Shown here: positions 22,881 to 32,062 of the stretch, in pieces
Layout: the number at the start of each line of letters is the position of its first letter
Position numbering within the stretch: position 1 is the stretch's first letter
NCBI GenBank assembly: GCA_041640835.1
Contig: JBEPZM010000001.1
Coordinates: 25,098 to 89,097 of the forward strand
DNA length: 64,000 bases
Direction: 5' to 3'
Source of the DNA: Blastococcus sp.
GTDB lineage: Bacteria; Actinomycetota; Actinomycetes; Mycobacteriales; Geodermatophilaceae
The notes under the pieces: model-generated
Seen by the model: the letters and a program-made list of their open reading frames with translations, nothing else
Told to the model about the DNA's origin: nothing
Databases searched by the model: none
Position numbers and translations under genes: made by a program

Positions 22881-23822
22881 GTGAGGATCCTGGTGACCGG
22901 GGCGTCGGGGTTCGTGGGCAGCCGGCTGGCCACCGCGCTCGAGGAAGCGGGCCACGAGGTCCGGGCGATGACCCGGCGGCCGGAGCGCTATCGGGGAGCC
23001 GGCACACCGGTGGCCGGCGACGTCGGCGACGAGGCATCGCTGCGGAGGGCGCTCGAGGAGTGCGAGGTCGCCTACTACCTCGTGCACTCCCTGGACGATC
23101 CCGACTTCGAGCGCAAGGACGCCGACGCCGCCCGCGCCTTCGCCCGCGCCGCCGCCGATGCCGGGGTCGGCCGGATCGTCTACCTGGGCGGCCTCGGCCA
23201 GGACGGCGACCAGCTCTCCCGGCACCTGCGCAGCCGCCGCGAGGTCGAGACGCTCCTCGGCGCCAGGGGCGTGCCGGTGACCGTGCTCCGGGCCGGCATC
23301 GTGGTCGGCCACGGCGGGGTGTCGTGGGAGATGACCCGCCAGCTGGTGGCCCACCTGCCGGCCATGGTCACGCCCCGGTGGGTCAGCACCCGGACCCAGC
23401 CGATCGCGGTCGGCGACATCGTCCGCTACCTGGTCGGCGTGCTCGACGCACGGGAGGCCGAGGGGCGGGTGTTCGAGGTGGGCGGGCCCGAGGTGCTCAC
23501 CTACCTGCAGATGCTCACCCGCATCGCCGACCTCCAGAACCGGCACCTGTTCGTCGTCCCCGTGCCGCTGCTCAGCCCGCAGCTGTCCTCGCGCTGGCTG
23601 GCGTTCGTCACCGACGTCGACGTGACCACGGGCCGGTCGCTGATCGACTCGATGACCAACGAGGTGGTGGTCACCGACGACGCCATCCGCTCGGTCGTCC
23701 CCTTCGAGCCGATGGGCTACGACGAGATGGTGATGACCGCCCTGGTGGAGCGGGCGCGCGAACGCCGGCAGCAGGTGGGGGAGCGGCGCGGCGGGTGGCT
23801 GAGCCGCGGGGCGCGGCGGTGA
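22881..23822 (+). CDS. NAD(P)H-binding atypical SDR (YbjT-like)
   Basis: TGASGFVG, YYLVHS, IVYLGGLG, HLRSRREV, TQPIA. Confidence 0.9.
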   Translation: MRILVTGASGFVGSRLATALEEAGHEVRAMTRRPERYRGAGTPVAGDVGDEASLRRALEECEVAYYLVHSLDDPDFERKDADAARAFARAAADAGVGRIVYLGGLGQDGDQLSRHLRSRREVETLLGARGVPVTVLRAGIVVGHGGVSWEMTRQLVAHLPAMVTPRWVSTRTQPIAVGDIVRYLVGVLDAREAEGRVFEVGGPEVLTYLQMLTRIADLQNRHLFVVPVPLLSPQLSSRWLAFVTDVDVTTGRSLIDSMTNEVVVTDDAIRSVVPFEPMGYDEMVMTALVERARERRQQVGERRGGWLSRGARR

Positions 23823-24583
23823 CCGGCCACCGGCCGCTCCGGGGAGTGCGGGCCGCGGTCGTGCGGGCCTCCGGGCCGCTGGTGCGGAGCGTGCCCCGGC
23901 AGCACTGGGACAGCGACGAGGTCTTCCGGCGCCGGCGGCGGGTGACCGGCGTGGTCGCGGTGGCGGGCGCGTCGCTGCTGGGGGTGTCGCTGTCGACCCC
24001 GCCGGGATCGCCGCGCTTCTACGGGCTGACCCTCGGCGTCGCCGGGACGTGGGTGGTCGGGGGGCTGGCATCCGGGCCGCTGCACCTGGGACGGATGTTC
24101 GGGCCGGGTGACACGCTGCGCCGGCCGGTGCTCACGCCGCTCGCCTCCGGCGTCGGCGCCTTCGGTGCCTTCTACGCCGCGGCGCTGGTCGCCCGGCGCA
24201 TCCCCGTCCTGGACCGCGCGATCGGCTCGGTGCTCAGCTACGCCGACCAGGGGTCGGATCCCCTCGTGCTGACCACCGCGCTGGCCAACGGGGTGGCGGA
24301 GGAGGTGTTCTTCCGCGGCGCGCTGTACGCGGCGGCCGGCGCCCGGCGACCGGTGCTCACGTCGACCGCGGTGTACGGGTTGGCCACCACGGCCACCCGC
24401 AACCCGGCGCTCGTGCTGGCGAGCGTGCCGATGGGGCTGCTCTTCGCGCAGCAGCGCCGGATCACCGGCGGCATTCAGGCCTCGATGATCACGCACGCGG
24501 TGTGGTCGGCCCTGATGCTGCGCTACCTGCCGCCGCTGTTCGCCGGCCGGCTCGCGGAGGAGCGGCGGTCGCCCGAGGGGTGA
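23819..24583 (+). CDS. CPBP (CAAX/Abi) intramembrane glutamic endopeptidase
   Basis: AEEVFFRG motif, THAVW, several TM helices; GTGA overlap. Confidence 0.85.
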   Translation: MTGHRPLRGVRAAVVRASGPLVRSVPRQHWDSDEVFRRRRRVTGVVAVAGASLLGVSLSTPPGSPRFYGLTLGVAGTWVVGGLASGPLHLGRMFGPGDTLRRPVLTPLASGVGAFGAFYAAALVARRIPVLDRAIGSVLSYADQGSDPLVLTTALANGVAEEVFFRGALYAAAGARRPVLTSTAVYGLATTATRNPALVLASVPMGLLFAQQRRITGGIQASMITHAVWSALMLRYLPPLFAGRLAEERRSPEG

Positions 24584-24626
24584 GACGGGTCCAGCCGTTC
24601 CGGCCGGTCGCTGGCACAGTGGCGGC

Positions 24627-25529
24627 ATGACCGAGCAGACCCCCGTCGTCGTGGTGACCGGTGCGAACGGCCTGGTGGGCAGCGCCGTGTGCCGGGCGCT
24701 CGCCGAGCGATCGGCGCGGGTGCGGGCCGTCGTCCGCCGGGCCGGCAGTGCGCCCGCGCTCGCCGGGGTGGAGGAGCAGGTCGGCGACTTCGCCGACGAG
24801 TCGTTCGCGCGCCGGGTGACCGAGGGCGCCGACGCCGTCGTCACGACCGTCCACCCCATGGGCTCGCCCCGGGAGGTGCAGCACCGGGTGGGTGTCGAGG
24901 GGACGGCGGTCCTGGCCCGGGCGGCGCGGGACGCCGGCGTCGCCCGCCTGGTGCACGTGTCCACGGCCGCGGTGTACGACCGCTCGGCCGGGCTCGGGGA
25001 CGTGGCCGAGGACGGCGCCCTCGCGCCCGAGGGCAGCGGGGCCTACGCCGACACCAAGAACGCGGCCGACGCCGCCCTCGCGCAGGTCGATGGGCTGACG
25101 GTCGTGCTGGTCCGCCCGCCGGCGATCATCGGCGCCGGGGAGACGTCGGTCTGGAACACGCTGCGACCGCGGGCGGTCCGGGACGGCGACCGCCGGGCGA
25201 ACCCGGCCCAGACGTGGTCCTGGGTGCACGTCGACGACCTGGCGGCGCTGATCGCGGACGTCGCCACGGGGGCGGTCCCGACCGGCGACGACGCGGCCCG
25301 GGGCCCCGTGGCCGGGGGAACCACCCCGGTGATCGTCGCCGGGGAGCCGGCGACGTGGCGCGACTACCTCGGCACGGTCACCGACGCCCTGGGCGTCGAG
25401 CCCGAGTGGACCGACGAGCCGGTCTGGACCGGACGGCTGCTGGCCGACCGGGCGCAGGGCTGGGGCTGGTCGCCGCGGGTGGGTCTCGCCGAGGCCCTCG
25501 ACGAGCTGCGGCGCGGCCTGCGTCCCTGA
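24627..25529 (+). CDS. NAD-dependent epimerase/dehydratase family protein
   Basis: TGANGLVG, HVSTAAVY, YADTK, WVHVDDLA. Confidence 0.9.
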   Translation: MTEQTPVVVVTGANGLVGSAVCRALAERSARVRAVVRRAGSAPALAGVEEQVGDFADESFARRVTEGADAVVTTVHPMGSPREVQHRVGVEGTAVLARAARDAGVARLVHVSTAAVYDRSAGLGDVAEDGALAPEGSGAYADTKNAADAALAQVDGLTVVLVRPPAIIGAGETSVWNTLRPRAVRDGDRRANPAQTWSWVHVDDLAALIADVATGAVPTGDDAARGPVAGGTTPVIVAGEPATWRDYLGTVTDALGVEPEWTDEPVWTGRLLADRAQGWGWSPRVGLAEALDELRRGLRP

Positions 25530-25555
25530 GGCGCGGCTCCCGGTGGGACGACGGG

Positions 25556-25587
25556 CAGGGCCCGGTCACCGTGGTGACCGGGCCCTG
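25556..25587. terminator. Stem-loop between convergent genes (bidirectional terminator)
   Basis: CAGGGCCCGGTCAC-CGTG-GTGACCGGGCCCTG perfect stem. Confidence 0.75.
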
Positions 25588-25622
25588 TCGTTCTCGGGCG
25601 GTGCGCTGGGCGTCGGACCCGA

Positions 25623-26918
25623 TCAGGGGCCGGCGAAGACCCCGTCGCCGAGGGACGCCGAACGGCCCGGAGCGGGCTCGGTGTAGCGGCCGGCCTCGTG
25701 GCGGGCGACCACGAAGTGGTGGACTTCGTCGGGGCCGTCGGCCAGGCGGAGCGTGCGCTGGCTGGCGTACATGCCGGCCAGCGGGGTCCACTGCGAGACG
25801 CCGGTGGCGCCGTGGATCTGGATGGCCTGGTCGATGATCTGGCAGACCTTCTCCGGGACCATCGCCTTGACCGCCGAGACGTAGACGCGGGCCTGGGCGT
25901 TGCCCAGCACGTCCATCGCCTTGGCCGCCTTGAGCACCATGAGGCGGCAGGCGTCGAGCTCGATGCGCGCCCGCGAGACGGTCTCCATGTTCTTGCCGAG
26001 GTTCAGGATCGGCTTGCCGAACGCCTCGCGGAACTTGCCGCGGCGGACCATCAGCTCGAGGGCCTTCTCGCCCTGGCCGATGGCGCGCATGCAGTGGTGG
26101 ATGCGCCCGGGGCCCAGGCGCACCTGGCTGATCTCGAAGCCGCGGCCCTCGCCGAGCAGGATGTTGGAGACCGGCACGCGCACGTCGGTGAACCGGATCC
26201 GCATGTGGCCGTGCGGGGCGTCGTCGCGGCCGAAGACCTCCATCGGCTCCATCACCTGGACGCCCGGGGTGTCCATCGGCACCAGGATCTGCGACTGCTG
26301 CTGGTGCGCCGGCGCCTCCGGGTTCGTCTGGCACATGACGATCATGATCTTGCAGCGCGGGTCGCCGGCTCCGGAGATGTAGTACTTCTCGCCGTTGAGC
26401 ACGTAGTCGTCGCCGTCGCGCAGGGCCTGGAGCCGGACGTTCTTGGCATCCGAGCTGCCGACGTCGGGCTCGGTCATGGCGAAGGCCGAGCGGATCTCGC
26501 CGTTGAGCAGCGGCTCGAGCCAGCGGGCCTTCTGCTCAGGGGTGCCGACGCGCTCGAGCACCTCCATGTTGCCGGTGTCGGGCGCCGAGCAGTTGAGCGA
26601 CTCCGAGCCCAGCGGGTACTTGCCGAGCTCGACGGCGATGTAGGCGTAGTCGAGGTTGGTCAGGCCGCCGACCTCGGAGTTGGGCAGGAAGAAGTTCCAC
26701 AGACCCTCCGCCTTGGCCTTGTCCTTGGCGCCCTCCAGCGCCTCGAGCTGGCCCGGTGCGTAGGACCAGCGGTCGGTGCGGCCCTCACCGAGCCGGAAGA
26801 ACTCCTCCTGCATCGGGGCGACCACGTCCTCGAGGAACCGGACGACGCGGTCGTACAGCGGCCGGGCCTCCTCGCTCATCCGCAGGTCGAACAGCTCCGT
26901 TGGCTCGTTTCTCTGCAT
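25623..26918 (-). CDS. Acyl-CoA dehydrogenase (ACAD10/11-like)
   Basis: NCSAPDTGNMEVL, FAMTEP, SQVRLGPGRIHHCMR, LRLADGPDEVH. Confidence 0.93.
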   Translation of the reverse strand: MQRNEPTELFDLRMSEEARPLYDRVVRFLEDVVAPMQEEFFRLGEGRTDRWSYAPGQLEALEGAKDKAKAEGLWNFFLPNSEVGGLTNLDYAYIAVELGKYPLGSESLNCSAPDTGNMEVLERVGTPEQKARWLEPLLNGEIRSAFAMTEPDVGSSDAKNVRLQALRDGDDYVLNGEKYYISGAGDPRCKIMIVMCQTNPEAPAHQQQSQILVPMDTPGVQVMEPMEVFGRDDAPHGHMRIRFTDVRVPVSNILLGEGRGFEISQVRLGPGRIHHCMRAIGQGEKALELMVRRGKFREAFGKPILNLGKNMETVSRARIELDACRLMVLKAAKAMDVLGNAQARVYVSAVKAMVPEKVCQIIDQAIQIHGATGVSQWTPLAGMYASQRTLRLADGPDEVHHFVVARHEAGRYTEPAPGRSASLGDGVFAGP

Positions 26919-27101
26919 CAGGTGTGTCCCTCTCAGCTGGCATCGTCGGCGGCAGGGCCATCCCCGCTGGAGCACGGCGAGGTTGCTGCAGCACGTGGTC
27001 CTGCGGGGTCGGCCCCCTGAGCGTGGCATGCGGGCGGTCGGCTCCTCGACCCGGATCCGCTGCCAGCGTCCGCATGGCGGCGCCGGCGACGGAACCGCAG
27101 C

Positions 27102-27647
27102 TCAGCCGCGCCCGGCCACCCGGGCCGCCAGTGCCTGGGCCAGCGCCGTTCCCCATCGTCGGGCGCGGTCCTCCTCGCCGTCGGCGAGCGGGCCCTTGGT
27201 GTCGGTGACGAAGAAGTGCTCGGCGGGCGCGAGGATCGCGAGGCCGTGGCTGCGGAGCAGCTTCTCCTCCGTCCTGGCCGCGTGGTCCATCTTCACCAGC
27301 AGCCTGGGATGGTCGCTCCGGGTGTCGAAGGCGGCGGCGGGGATGTCGCTGCTGCTCCGGAGGGCGTCGAGCCACTCGTGCAGCCCGCGGCCGGTGTCCG
27401 CGATCTGCGCCCCGTGCTGCGTGACCGCGCCTTCCCGGGTCGACGGCCGGGGCATGGAGAAGGCGTGGTTGGGGCCGCCGACGACCAGCAGGCCCACGTC
27501 CGGTCCGAGCTCCGGGGGAGCCTCGGCGGCGGCGACGACGTCGGCCGGGATGCCCGCGGAGAGCCCGTCGGCGATCGCGTGCGCGATCGTCCGGGCGTCT
27601 CCGAACACCGACTCGTAGACGACCAGGGCTCTGCTCACCGGGCTCAC
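27102..27647 (-). CDS. Flavodoxin-like protein
   Basis: VVYESVFGDARTIA, VVGGPNH, AAFDTR, GPLADGEEDRA. Confidence 0.85.
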   Translation of the reverse strand: MSPVSRALVVYESVFGDARTIAHAIADGLSAGIPADVVAAAEAPPELGPDVGLLVVGGPNHAFSMPRPSTREGAVTQHGAQIADTGRGLHEWLDALRSSSDIPAAAFDTRSDHPRLLVKMDHAARTEEKLLRSHGLAILAPAEHFFVTDTKGPLADGEEDRARRWGTALAQALAARVAGRG

Positions 27648-27741
27648 CTCTGTCGATCGGTGGCTGTCCTCGCCGACGTTACGGAACCTCGCCCGGCAGG
27701 CGGGACGGTCGAAGGGCCCGATCGTGGTCCGGCCGATCAGG

Positions 27742-28359
27742 TCACCGTCGCTCCCACCAGCGTGCGGCGGTGCCGTCGCTCAGATCTGCGGCCAGCCGGT
27801 GGAGCCACGGCCACAGGACGTCGTCGCGGCCCCACACCGGATCGAACACCTGGAGCGCCTCGGCCGCCTGGACCGCCTCGGCTACCGGCGCCGGGAGCGG
27901 CGCCTCCAGGAGGACGTCGTGCTCGGGCGGGGCCCAGTTCCCCAGCCAGGTGCCGGGCCGTCCGCCCCGGACGGTGACTGCGAGGTTGATGTCCGGCGTC
28001 GAACCGGGCCGCCGGACGGCGCGCAGGACGACGAGGTCGCTGTCGGAGGCCAGCTGCTCCGCGTACCGGGTCAGCGCGGGAGGGGCTATCCCGCTCGCGT
28101 ACGCCCGTTGCCGCAGCCCCGGGCGCTGCAGTCCGGGCTGGCTGGAGTCGGTCACCCAGCCGGCGCGGTTGACCCGGGCGAGCGCCGCACGGATGTGCCC
28201 GCGGGTCTCCGCGTGCGGCGTGCTGGACGAGTACGTCGGGATCCACTGCCGGGTGCCGTCCAGCCACTGGGCCACGAGTTCGCCCACCCCGGCCAGGGCG
28301 GTCGTGGTGGCCCAGTCCCGGTGCTCGCCGGCCGGGACGCGGTGACACTCGTCGGCCAC
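27742..28359 (-). CDS. DUF6919-like hypothetical protein
   Basis: GELVAQWLDG...AET...NRAGWVTDSSQPG...QRAYASG...DPVWGRDDVLW, matching the motif pattern I recall for DUF6919. Confidence 0.7.
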   Translation of the reverse strand: MADECHRVPAGEHRDWATTTALAGVGELVAQWLDGTRQWIPTYSSSTPHAETRGHIRAALARVNRAGWVTDSSQPGLQRPGLRQRAYASGIAPPALTRYAEQLASDSDLVVLRAVRRPGSTPDINLAVTVRGGRPGTWLGNWAPPEHDVLLEAPLPAPVAEAVQAAEALQVFDPVWGRDDVLWPWLHRLAADLSDGTAARWWERR

Positions 28360-28360
28360 G

Positions 28361-29482
28361 TCAGAGCCTGCCCGGGCTGTTCTCGAAGGCGTCGGCCCAC
28401 TCGACGGGTGTTCCGGTGCTCCAGTGGTCGAACAGCTCGGTGGCGGTCATGCCCGGGTGCCGGTCCCACAGCTCCAGCCAGGGCAGGGCATCGGGCAGTG
28501 CGGGAAAGCCGGCGGCGCGCAGCTCGGCATGCCGCTGCGGTTCCCGCTGGAACGAGGAACGGCCGTGCAGGGAGCCGACCGGCTCTCCGACCCAGGCACA
28601 CATCGTGGCCGGATCGAAGGAGTGGTCGCGCCATGACGCGGCGGTGTCGGCGGCGCCCTCGCCGGGGGTGACCGCCCCGGTCCGGACCAGGACGCGGTGC
28701 CACGCCACGGCGTCGTCGTCGGAGAAGTCGTGGTGCCGGTAGGCGTCCAGGCTGCGCGGGCGCCGCAGGTACGGCCGGTCGCGCTCGAGTCGGTCGGCGA
28801 CGTCGGCCAGGACTGCCGGATCGATCTCCGCCGCCGGATCGGCCGTGAGGTGGCGCTGCCAGTCCCGGGCGGCGGCCCAGGGGAGGAGCGGGTGCAACTG
28901 CGGCGCCTCGACGACCTCGACGCGGCTGGTCGGCTGGCAGCGCGTGCCTCCGGCGGCCCGGCCTCGTTCCTGCATCCGTTCCTCGAAGCGGTTCGCCAGA
29001 GCGGGCTCGACGCCGGACAGCCGCCACGCCAGCCCGGCGATCGCGGGACACCGGTAGTCCGCCGTCCCCACGGCGGCCCGATGGACGACGGCGTCCCGGT
29101 CCGAGGGGCCCAGGCCCCGCATTATGCGCACGTCGGCGGGCGACGTCCGCACCACGACCGTGCGGACGGTGACGCGGCCGGTGTGCGCCCGGATCGCATC
29201 GGAGACGTACGCGTGGACATCGAGGTCGACCTCGGGCGCGTGCTTCGTCAGCCAGGCGTTGAGCCCCCGGGCGAACTCGGCGTGCAGCGTCAGCAGGTCC
29301 AGCTCGATCGCGCCGTCATCGATGGCCTCGTCCCGCGAGACCCCGGCCGGCGCCCAGGACGTCCTGTACGACGTCTCGTGGACGTCGCACAGCGTGCGTG
29401 GGCCGGTTCCGGCGATCGGCACGGAGCAGTCGGCACAGGCCCAGGGGTTCCAGCCGGCGACCGGCGCAGGCGAGGACGGCAC
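28361..29482 (-). CDS. Hypothetical Trp-rich protein with N-terminal CxxC...CxxH zinc finger; paralogue of 29928-30833
   Basis: CADC...RTLCDVH; aligns by eye with the neighbouring ORF; 1-2 nt gaps to flanking genes. Confidence 0.75.
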   Translation of the reverse strand: MPSSPAPVAGWNPWACADCSVPIAGTGPRTLCDVHETSYRTSWAPAGVSRDEAIDDGAIELDLLTLHAEFARGLNAWLTKHAPEVDLDVHAYVSDAIRAHTGRVTVRTVVVRTSPADVRIMRGLGPSDRDAVVHRAAVGTADYRCPAIAGLAWRLSGVEPALANRFEERMQERGRAAGGTRCQPTSRVEVVEAPQLHPLLPWAAARDWQRHLTADPAAEIDPAVLADVADRLERDRPYLRRPRSLDAYRHHDFSDDDAVAWHRVLVRTGAVTPGEGAADTAASWRDHSFDPATMCAWVGEPVGSLHGRSSFQREPQRHAELRAAGFPALPDALPWLELWDRHPGMTATELFDHWSTGTPVEWADAFENSPGRL

Positions 29483-29484
29483 GG

Positions 29485-29790
29485 TCAGTCGGCGCTGCCA
29501 GGCAGCCCGGCGCGCACGAAGGCGAGCGCCCACTCGACCGGGCCGTCCAGCAGCTCCGCGCGCACCTCGAGGGCGCGCTTGGCCAGGTCGATCACGTCTC
29601 CGAGCGGGACGACGGTGCCGGCGGGGAGGTCCTCCCAGGATCCGTCGCTGGCGAGCAGGCCGCGCACGTGGTCCTCGACCGCCGGCAGGTCGGGCTCCTC
29701 CGCACGGAGCAGTCGGTCGAGGGCAGCGAGGTCCTCCTCGCGCAGCTGCCGGTCGAGGTCCTCGGGCGGGCCGTCGGCGGAGGTGGTCAT
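29485..29790 (-). CDS. Small acidic hypothetical protein
   Basis: ATG with GGGAG RBS, 101 aa, ends GPVEWALAF; 2-nt gap to the next gene. Confidence 0.65.
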   Translation of the reverse strand: MTTSADGPPEDLDRQLREEDLAALDRLLRAEEPDLPAVEDHVRGLLASDGSWEDLPAGTVVPLGDVIDLAKRALEVRAELLDGPVEWALAFVRAGLPGSAD

Positions 29791-29927
29791 GTGGGGTCTC
29801 CCGGTTCCTGTGTGCGCGGTCGGGCCGCGGCTGTCGTGTGCTGGGTCGGAGGAGTGATCGGCAGGGACAGCGGGACGCTTCAGCGCACGCGGACCGTGTG
29901 CTCCGTTGGAGTGCCTTGTCGGGTGGC

Positions 29928-30833
29928 TCAGGCCCACGCCCGTACCCAGTCGATCGGGGCGGAGGGGTGGAGCAGGACGGCGTCCTCGAGGGTGACGTCC
30001 CGCTTTCGCACGAGGTCGAGCCAGGGCAGTGCGGTCAGCAGGTCCGGGCACCCCGCGTGCAGGAACGCCGCCTGCCAGGAGATCGGGTGGTCCCGGGTGC
30101 GCACACGGGCCGGGGCGGCGGCCGTCCAGCGGTGCAGTGCCGGGAGGCCGACGCCGACTCGACGCCAGCTGAGGGCCGTGTCCACGGTGGCCTCGCCCGG
30201 GCCGACGAGACCCCGGTGGCTCAGCAGGTGGTGCCACCGGGCGCCTGCCGCCCGACCGAACCCCGCCTCGACGAAGGGCTGGAGGCTGCCCGGATCACGC
30301 ACGAGGTGGCCACGTCGGGCGGCGGCGCGGACGAGCACGTCCGGGTCGAGCAGCCACGGTCGCCGGCGGTCGAACGACTCCGGCGCGAGGTGCGCCTGCC
30401 AGGTCCGGGCGCGGTCCAGCGCGTCGAACCGCGTCGGATCCTCCTCGTCCCGGCAGGACGGCTGCCAGCGTGCGTGGTCGGGAGACCAGAGGTTGGCGAC
30501 GTCCGGACCCACGCCGGACAGCGCCCAGGCCAGCGCCACCGCGGTGGGGAACCGGTAGTGGCCGACTCCGGCGATGGCGCCCACGACCCGCGCAGGGTGC
30601 AGGGGTTCCTTCGTCGGGCGGATCGGCAGCCACCGCCGGCCGTCGTCGGACCAGGTGGGGGAGTGCCGGTGGACGCGTCGCCGGATCTCGGCCTCCACGG
30701 TCGGGCGCAGGGCGCGGCGCTGGGCGATCGGAAGGCTGCCCAGCCACTCGTCGAGCTCGGCCAGGAGATCGTGCTCGACGTCGTCGGGATGGAAGGTGAG
30801 AAAGCGAGGCTTCGTCCGTCGGTGGACCGTCAC
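29928..30833 (-). CDS. Hypothetical Trp-rich protein; paralogue of 28361-29482
   Basis: YRFPTAVALAWALSGV, GPGEATVDTALSWR, ALPWLDL; GTGA overlap with the upstream gene. Confidence 0.75.
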   Translation of the reverse strand: MTVHRRTKPRFLTFHPDDVEHDLLAELDEWLGSLPIAQRRALRPTVEAEIRRRVHRHSPTWSDDGRRWLPIRPTKEPLHPARVVGAIAGVGHYRFPTAVALAWALSGVGPDVANLWSPDHARWQPSCRDEEDPTRFDALDRARTWQAHLAPESFDRRRPWLLDPDVLVRAAARRGHLVRDPGSLQPFVEAGFGRAAGARWHHLLSHRGLVGPGEATVDTALSWRRVGVGLPALHRWTAAAPARVRTRDHPISWQAAFLHAGCPDLLTALPWLDLVRKRDVTLEDAVLLHPSAPIDWVRAWA

Positions 30834-31399
30834 GGCTGCACGCCCCAGCGGGCATGGCTGTCGCACAGCGTCCGGACCCGACGGGGTGGGCGCCCCAGCA
30901 GCTGGGCGTCCGCATGGCCGCAGACCTCGCAGAGGAACCCGCTGGCGACCCCGGCCGAGGCGATGACGGCACGGAACTGCCGTTCGGAGTCGCCGTCCAG
31001 GTCACTCGTCGCGGATGGGGCGGCGTAGTAGGCGAGCAGGCCGAACTTCTCCTTCACCTGACCGAGCCCGTAGAGCGGGTCTATCTCGGCCAGCCGCCGG
31101 TCGGTCTCGGCGACCAGCCGGTGCCAGCCGGCTCCGCACCAGACCTGGTCGGGTGCGTCGTTGCTCCCGGCCAGCCGGGCGAGCACGGGCGCCAGGACAC
31201 CGAGCGGGTCCGGGTTCTCCACGTACGGGTGACCGACGTACTGCAGCGACCGGTGCTCGCGGGTCAGACCCGCGAGGTCCGCCCGGACGTCGTCGGCGAA
31301 CGTCGCCTCGGCCTGAGCCCAGGTGACGGGGAACGGGTGCAGCTCGCGCAGGACGCCGCGCACCAGGGCGTCGTCTGCCGCGTCCTCGTCGTCGGTCAC
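30830..31399 (-). CDS. Phage-type hypothetical protein (GW...QVKEKFG.L..Y motif, C-terminal CxxC...CxxH zinc finger)
   Basis: CGAGWHRLV...GQVKEKFGLLAYY...CEVCG...RTLCDSH; GTGA overlaps at both ends. Confidence 0.8.
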   Translation of the reverse strand: MTDDEDAADDALVRGVLRELHPFPVTWAQAEATFADDVRADLAGLTREHRSLQYVGHPYVENPDPLGVLAPVLARLAGSNDAPDQVWCGAGWHRLVAETDRRLAEIDPLYGLGQVKEKFGLLAYYAAPSATSDLDGDSERQFRAVIASAGVASGFLCEVCGHADAQLLGRPPRRVRTLCDSHARWGVQP

Positions 31400-31968
31400 T
31401 CGTCGTCGCAGTCGTGGTGGGTCCGCCGGCTCGGCTCCTCGAGCCCGTAGCGCTCCAGCAGGAAGGGCGCCAGGTGGTCGGGGCAGCAGTACGGCGCATC
31501 TGCCGGCACGTCCAGCAGCCCCGGCTGCTCCAGGGAGTAGATGAACGTGGGCGCGCCGTCCCAGTGGTCGCAGTGGGCCTCGGGGTAGCCGACGACCATC
31601 TGCTGGTCGACGGCGACGACGAGACCTCCGGGGCAGCCGGTCCCCGTGACCGTGCTGAGCGCCCACACCAGGTCTGCGTGCAGCTCGGTGAAGCCGGCGC
31701 GGTCCGCGCCCTCCTCACCGCGGACGACGCGGCCGGTCGGGCACGCGAAGTCGACCGACGTGAGCTGCGGCTGCTCGTCTCCGGGCTCGAGGCGGAAGAC
31801 GACCAGCCGGTCGTCGGCCGGACCGAGGACGTCGTCGGTCAGCCGGCGGAGGTCGCCGAAGGTCCGCCGCAGCGCGAGGTCGTTTGCCTGCGCTGCGCGC
31901 TGCAGCTGCACCTGCCGGCGGGTGGGCGAGGGCAACCGCGCACCCGGATCACTCGTCGGGGGCGTCAT
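31396..31968 (-). CDS. Cys/His-rich hypothetical protein
   Basis: AHCDHWDG, YCCPDHL, HHDCDDE; stop overlaps the next start (alternative start 32007). Confidence 0.65.
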   Translation of the reverse strand: MTPPTSDPGARLPSPTRRQVQLQRAAQANDLALRRTFGDLRRLTDDVLGPADDRLVVFRLEPGDEQPQLTSVDFACPTGRVVRGEEGADRAGFTELHADLVWALSTVTGTGCPGGLVVAVDQQMVVGYPEAHCDHWDGAPTFIYSLEQPGLLDVPADAPYCCPDHLAPFLLERYGLEEPSRRTHHDCDDE

Positions 31969-32062
31969 GCGGCCCGCTGTCCGATACGTACGACCACGCT
32001 CACCCACTCATCCTCGCCATAGAACCATCGGAAATGCTAGACCGTGCTGCCGAGCGCATGCG

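Noticed and set aside
23819-24583. Abi-annotated family as a phage abortive-infection gene
   Set aside because: The CPBP 'Abi' label is historical; the context is an ordinary SDR-CPBP pair
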